Source: a virus. Taken from it: DNA of 11,077 bases. Below are positions 7,239-11,077 of the stretch, piece after piece (the stretch's first letter is position 1; each line of letters starts with the position of its first letter). The translations under genes and the position numbers were made by a program. The stretch is taken from UHGV virus genome UHGV-0128589; one strand, given 5' to 3'. The notes beneath the pieces are model-generated. The model searched no databases. It was given only the letters and a program-made list of their open reading frames with translations, and was not told where the DNA came from.

Positions 7239-7619
7239 ATGCTAAATCATATTTATGGAATTGTTGGTATAGTTGGCACATTAGTTACGATTGTGACGAG
7301 TTACATCAGAAATCAAGAATTGTCGCAATGGTTCCTTGTATGTTCTGGTTGGCTTACGGCTCTATTGATAGGTTGGTTCACGCATAGAACTATTAAAATT
7401 CTAAGCAAAGATCACAAAGAAACCATCATTAGTAATGATGGTATAAAGCAAACGCTTATAGAGCGGAATGAAACATTAACCACACAACTTACGCATGCAT
7501 TAGAACAGAAAGAAAAAATGGAAGGAATCGCGGCTTATTTAGCAACTCAGAACCCACAAATTAACGCCATGCCTAGAGCCATCGCGCGACAAGAAAATAC
7601 TGAGCTAGGAGGTAATTAA
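7239..7619 (+). CDS. small two-transmembrane-helix protein with C-terminal charged/helical tail; first gene of the accessory operon
   Basis: 126-aa ORF; hydrophobic segments IYGIVGIVGTLVTIVTSYI and WFLVCSGWLTALLIGWF; RBS AAGAGAG 7 nt upstream; AT-rich codon usage unlike the core genes. Confidence 0.7.
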   Translation: MLNHIYGIVGIVGTLVTIVTSYIRNQELSQWFLVCSGWLTALLIGWFTHRTIKILSKDHKETIISNDGIKQTLIERNETLTTQLTHALEQKEKMEGIAAYLATQNPQINAMPRAIARQENTELGGN

Positions 7620-7620
7620 G

Positions 7621-8685
7621 ATGAAAGTAAATTTTGATAGTTATTCATATTATCCTGCATTAAGAACTCGTGCAGCTGAAATACTTGGCTTGAGTAAGCT
7701 TGCTCATGATAAGAAAGAGAAAGTACTTCCACTTATAACCTTAGGGAAATGGCCCCGCTCAGATGAAATTCAAGTTTCTCTTGATAAGAGTCTGGAAGCA
7801 ATGAATAACTTGCCTTTTATTCTGGACGTTACTCAAGAGAACAAGCATCATTGCGCATCAAGCTTTGATCTTCTATCTTCCGAAAATAATTTTTCAAACT
7901 GGATAGCTTTCTGCTCTAAGAATGAGAATATTATCCCCGTAGTTCAAATGCCTGAATCTGCAAGATTAAGGGATATAGTACAGCAAGCAAGAATACTTGA
8001 AGAAAATAAAGGTTCCATTGCATTTCGCATAAAGAACCTTAACACTGATATAAATAAAACAATAGCATCACTTGTGTCTCTCGACTCCCCTGAAAATGCG
8101 GTTATATTCATAGACTTGGGTTACATTCGCGGACATGTCTCAGCAATGACGTCTGCTGCCATAAGTGCAATCAACCAAATAAGGACAGAAATTCCTGAAG
8201 CTATAATTAGTGTACTGTCGACTAGTTTCCCAAGTTCGGTCGCAAACTTTGCAGGAGAAAATGGTCAATCTGGTTATATTGACATTATGGAAAGAGAATT
8301 CCACCAAACTATTGGTGGTCGAGGAGTATCTATATACGGAGATCATAGTTCAATTCACTCTGTTGTATATGATGATGTTGGTGGACGTTATGTCCCAAGA
8401 ATTGACATTGCATTAGATGATGCTTGGTTTTTTGAGAGAAGACCAGGACTTGATAGTAAAGGCTATATAGAAGCAGCAAGAGCGATTCTTAAAAGATACC
8501 CTAATTATCTTGAAGAAGAATCCTGGGGTGCGCTGATGATTAAAAACGCTGCATCAGGCGATATTGCTGGTATGGGGAGTCCCGCTAAATGGATTTCTGT
8601 GCGCGTGAACCTTCATATAACAAAGCAAATTGAGCTATCAGAAGCACTTAAAACAGATTACGATCCTGAAGAGGATTTCTTCTAA
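7621..8685 (+). CDS. uncharacterised 354-aa protein, second gene of the accessory operon; function unknown
   Basis: Long ORF starting 1 nt after the upstream stop; strong SD AGGAGGT 9 nt upstream, embedded in the last codons of the upstream gene; no Walker or other catalytic motif recognisable by eye. Confidence 0.8.
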   Translation: MKVNFDSYSYYPALRTRAAEILGLSKLAHDKKEKVLPLITLGKWPRSDEIQVSLDKSLEAMNNLPFILDVTQENKHHCASSFDLLSSENNFSNWIAFCSKNENIIPVVQMPESARLRDIVQQARILEENKGSIAFRIKNLNTDINKTIASLVSLDSPENAVIFIDLGYIRGHVSAMTSAAISAINQIRTEIPEAIISVLSTSFPSSVANFAGENGQSGYIDIMEREFHQTIGGRGVSIYGDHSSIHSVVYDDVGGRYVPRIDIALDDAWFFERRPGLDSKGYIEAARAILKRYPNYLEEESWGALMIKNAASGDIAGMGSPAKWISVRVNLHITKQIELSEALKTDYDPEEDFF

Positions 8686-8710
8686 AAAATAAGGGAGGGC
8701 AGCCTCCCTT
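8683..8710 (-). terminator. terminator hairpin between the convergent accessory genes (strongest for the minus-strand gene)
   Basis: aagggagg-gcag-cctccctt perfect 8-bp stem; on the minus strand it is followed by ATTTTTT. Confidence 0.55.
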
Positions 8711-9503
8711 ATCGCACGACCCTTTTCAAAACTTTGATGGGAGTGATACTCCCAACCTCTCCGTGCTTTCTCATAAACCCCTCAATATCAACTGTATAAA
8801 AATCATCTAATTTTTCATCAGTATTATCTTCGAAATCTTTAAAGTGATTATGTTCCCGTCTCTTTTTTGATTTACTTAACAAAGTCAAATCGTTAGCATT
8901 CGATAATTCGCTACCTGCTAATTTCTTCAAGTAATCATCAGAAGTTTCTTTATAGCGTTGCTTAATTGCTTTAAGCGCAAAGTCTCTAATTCTAGATAGG
9001 GGAATTTGTTCAGCTATACGCTCTAAAGCCTCACGACCAGACTCGAGTAAAAACTTTTTCCCATTTTCAACAAGAAGTAATTGCAACTCTTTTTTCAGTA
9101 AGAAATTAATATAAACCTTCTTATTACCGAGTACTGCCGTACGCCCACGCTGAACTATTTTAAAACGAATGCCTTTACTAGTATTTATGTATTCAATAAC
9201 ACCAACATCTGATGTTACTTTCTTCGCAATTTCATAAGTAAATTTTGGGGCACAAACAACAGTTACCTTTTCAAAACGAGATGTAAAGGTTTCTAACTGA
9301 CCATCTAATCTTTTAAGAGAGTCAAAATCACTTTTTATTTCAAAAGCTTGCAAGTGTCCATTCGCAACGGCCAGATCAGCGCGGCGACTCCAATTCGCTA
9401 CAACCATTTCATTAATAATGGTTGCGTTCTCTAACAAGCCTTTTTTAAAAAGCCAGTCAATAAATGCGACTTTTACATCTTGCTCTCTTAATAAAAATGA
9501 CAT
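8709..9503 (-). CDS. stand-alone protein with N-terminal PD-(D/E)xK nuclease-like domain and charged helical C-terminal region
   Basis: 264-aa ORF; motif order E7 ... RADLAV (D42) ... AFEIKSD (E54-x-K56) fits the PD-(D/E)xK core; own extended -10 promoter and own terminator; very AT-rich. Confidence 0.8.
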   Translation of the reverse strand: MSFLLREQDVKVAFIDWLFKKGLLENATIINEMVVANWSRRADLAVANGHLQAFEIKSDFDSLKRLDGQLETFTSRFEKVTVVCAPKFTYEIAKKVTSDVGVIEYINTSKGIRFKIVQRGRTAVLGNKKVYINFLLKKELQLLLVENGKKFLLESGREALERIAEQIPLSRIRDFALKAIKQRYKETSDDYLKKLAGSELSNANDLTLLSKSKKRREHNHFKDFEDNTDEKLDDFYTVDIEGFMRKHGEVGSITPIKVLKRVVR

Positions 9504-9529
9504 AATCTCGTCACACCCTTAAAAATTGT

Positions 9530-9545
9530 TAAAAATTATAGCAAA
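9530..9545 (-). promoter_or_regulatory. candidate extended -10 promoter (TGcTATAAT) for the 8709..9503 gene
   Basis: Minus strand reads ttgcTATAATtttt in the 91-bp gap between the int stop and the downstream gene start. Confidence 0.4.
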
Positions 9546-9594
9546 AAAAACAAACTCCATCCATTATTCCTCTTGAGTTTTTTTTGATAAAGAG

Positions 9595-10872
9595 CTAGAT
9601 GTCATTTATTTTACTCCCACAGTCATACGGTGATATATACTCCTTATTATTTAGATCTAAATAATCAGCCCACCACTGAACCATTTTGCGCCTTTCATCT
9701 AAATGTTCTGATGTATGAATATAAGCAGCCCTAACGCCATTACGTTCTGTGTGACTCAACTGACGTTCTATAGCGTCATCGCTCCATAATCCTGACTCAC
9801 CCAGCGCACCACGGGCCATCGTTCTAAATCCATGCCCGCAAACTTCAGTTTTCGTGTCATAGCCCATCGCACGCAATGCGCTGTTTACCGTGTTTTCACT
9901 CATAACCTTAGTTGCGTCATGATCCCCCGGGAACAGCAGCTCTTTATCACCACTAATTTGCTTGAGCTGCTCTAATAAAACCATCGCCTGCCGACTGAGA
10001 GGAACAATATGCTCCTCTTTCATTTTCATGCCACGATACGAGTAACGCACGCCCTTAATTTCTTCTCGCTTTGCAGGTATACGCCAAAGAGATTTATCGA
10101 AGTCGAACTCATCCCAACGCGCGAAACGCAACTCACTGGAACGCACAAAAGTTAGTAAGGAAAGCTCAACCGCGATCCGTGTCATTACACGGCCACGATA
10201 TGCAGCAAGACGTGCAAGAAACTCAGGGAACCGGCTAGAGGGTAAAGCGGGGTAATGTCGCGCTTTGGTTGTCGATAGCGCACCGGCCATATCACTGGCT
10301 GGATTTGAGTCGATGTAATCGTTCTGTACTGCATAACGCATGATAGCCGTGACACGCTGCTGAAGACGCTGTGCGACGTCATGCTTACCACTTGCATCAA
10401 CTTTTTTAATCGGGGCTAACAGGTGGCTAGTCTTGAGCTGGCGAATGTCGGACGAACCAATATGAGGGAAGATATAAAGCTCAAGATAGCGAAGAACGCG
10501 CGATCGATGGTCTTCACTCCAGCGCTTGTTACTGGCGTGCCATTCACGAGCAATGGTTTCGAAAGTATATGCCCCCGAATTCTCGGCCTGAGCTTCTTTC
10601 TGTTCGGCTTTTGGGTCAATGCCCTGCACTAGCAGCTTTTTAGCTTCATCGCGCTTTGCTCTTGCCTGAGCAAGCGTCACAGTAGGCCAAACACCAAAAG
10701 CGAGGCGATCCTCTTTTTTGTCTGAGGGGCGTCTGTATTTCATGCGCCAGTATTTAGAACCCTTAGCCGAAATCTCGAGATACAAACCGCCGCCATCGGC
10801 CATTTTGTAGGTTTTTTCTTTTGGCTTTGCGGTCTCGACCTGTCTGGCGTTGAGCTTCATTTGGGGGCACAT
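9595..10872 (-). CDS. int: P4-type tyrosine integrase / site-specific recombinase
   Basis: 425-aa ORF; N-terminus with the ...KTYKMADGGGLYLEI... motif typical of P4-family integrases; C-terminal HGFRTMARG and downstream tyrosine (VRAAYIH); about 150 bp from the tRNA 3-prime end. Start may be the ATG at 10860 (MKLNARQ). Confidence 0.95.
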   Translation of the reverse strand: MCPQMKLNARQVETAKPKEKTYKMADGGGLYLEISAKGSKYWRMKYRRPSDKKEDRLAFGVWPTVTLAQARAKRDEAKKLLVQGIDPKAEQKEAQAENSGAYTFETIAREWHASNKRWSEDHRSRVLRYLELYIFPHIGSSDIRQLKTSHLLAPIKKVDASGKHDVAQRLQQRVTAIMRYAVQNDYIDSNPASDMAGALSTTKARHYPALPSSRFPEFLARLAAYRGRVMTRIAVELSLLTFVRSSELRFARWDEFDFDKSLWRIPAKREEIKGVRYSYRGMKMKEEHIVPLSRQAMVLLEQLKQISGDKELLFPGDHDATKVMSENTVNSALRAMGYDTKTEVCGHGFRTMARGALGESGLWSDDAIERQLSHTERNGVRAAYIHTSEHLDERRKMVQWWADYLDLNNKEYISPYDCGSKINDI

Positions 10873-10910
10873 TTCTAATCGAAGTTAAGATGCCCCCAAT
10901 TATGCCCCCA
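10862..10910. repeat. TGCCCCCA repeats (two direct, one inverted) at the int start, candidate integrase-binding or autoregulatory sites
   Basis: tgggggca at 10862-10869 (inverted, overlapping the first int codons); tgccccca at 10891-10898 and 10903-10910. Confidence 0.4.
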
Positions 10911-11023
10911 ATGACATCAGGATTTCAACGGACAACCTCGGACGACTCAGGACGTAAAAATCGCTGCAAGCATTGATTTTTAAGGGATAATTGGACTTTC
11001 TCGGATGGTCTTGGAAGTACTTA

Positions 11024-11077
11024 TGGTGCCGAAGGCCGGACTCGAACCGGCACGTATTTCTACGGTTGATTTTGAAT
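11024..11077 (-). tRNA. leuX: tRNA-Leu(CAA), leuX-type, 3-prime portion only (truncated by the window edge)
   Basis: Reverse complement reads ATTCAAAATCAACCGTAGAAATACGTGCCGGTTCGAGTCCGGCCTTCGGCACCA: anticodon loop with CAA, variable arm, T-arm GGTTCGAGTCC and acceptor end with CCA; matches E. coli leuX as I recall it. Confidence 0.85.

Larger units (their letters stand above)
723..11023. mobile_element. P4/phiR73-like phage satellite (phage-inducible chromosomal island) integrated at tRNA-Leu
   Basis: Bounded by the tRNA 3-prime end and a degenerate copy of it; contains int, alpha, an AlpA-like regulator, sid, delta, psu, iterons and a cos-like region in the gene order of an integrated P4; size about 10.3 kb. 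Confidence 0.8.

Noticed and set aside
8140-8416. Two 68-aa ORFs (8140..8346 minus, 8210..8416 plus)
   Set aside because: Nested inside the 354-aa gene; short AT-rich frame artefacts.
8683-8710. Hairpin as a terminator for the plus-strand 354-aa gene
   Set aside because: No T-run follows the hairpin on the plus strand; it is scored as the terminator of the minus-strand gene, with at most weak bidirectional activity.
10185-10632. ORFs 10185..10400, 10416..10619 (minus) and 10423..10632 (plus)
   Set aside because: Nested within the integrase gene in alternative frames or antisense.

Overview
The window appears to hold an almost complete P4/phiR73-like phage satellite (about 10.3 kb, roughly 723..11023) integrated at the 3-prime end of a tRNA-Leu(CAA) gene (leuX-type, truncated at the right window edge). 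All calls are from reading the sequence and ORF track by eye; no searches or computations were run. Satellite core, left to right: a degenerate att repeat (684-722); a TGTTCAC iteron cluster; a minus-strand operon of AlpA/Vis-like regulator, leader, Icd-like small protein, two small ORFs and the 777-aa alpha primase-helicase; a second iteron cluster and a TGT-N12-ACA late-promoter element; then sid, a single-domain delta/ogr zinc finger and psu on the plus strand; a GC-rich putative cos region; and a P4-type tyrosine integrase beside the tRNA. Between psu/cos and int, where P4-like satellites are known to carry variable anti-phage cargo, lies a visibly AT-rich insert of three uncharacterised genes. 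These are a translationally coupled pair (126-aa two-transmembrane protein plus 354-aa protein, 7239..8685) and a convergent stand-alone gene (8709..9503) whose N-terminus has a PD-(D/E)xK nuclease-like motif. This cassette is the best candidate for a new defence system in the window. Positions 1..683 appear to be flanking DNA outside the element.
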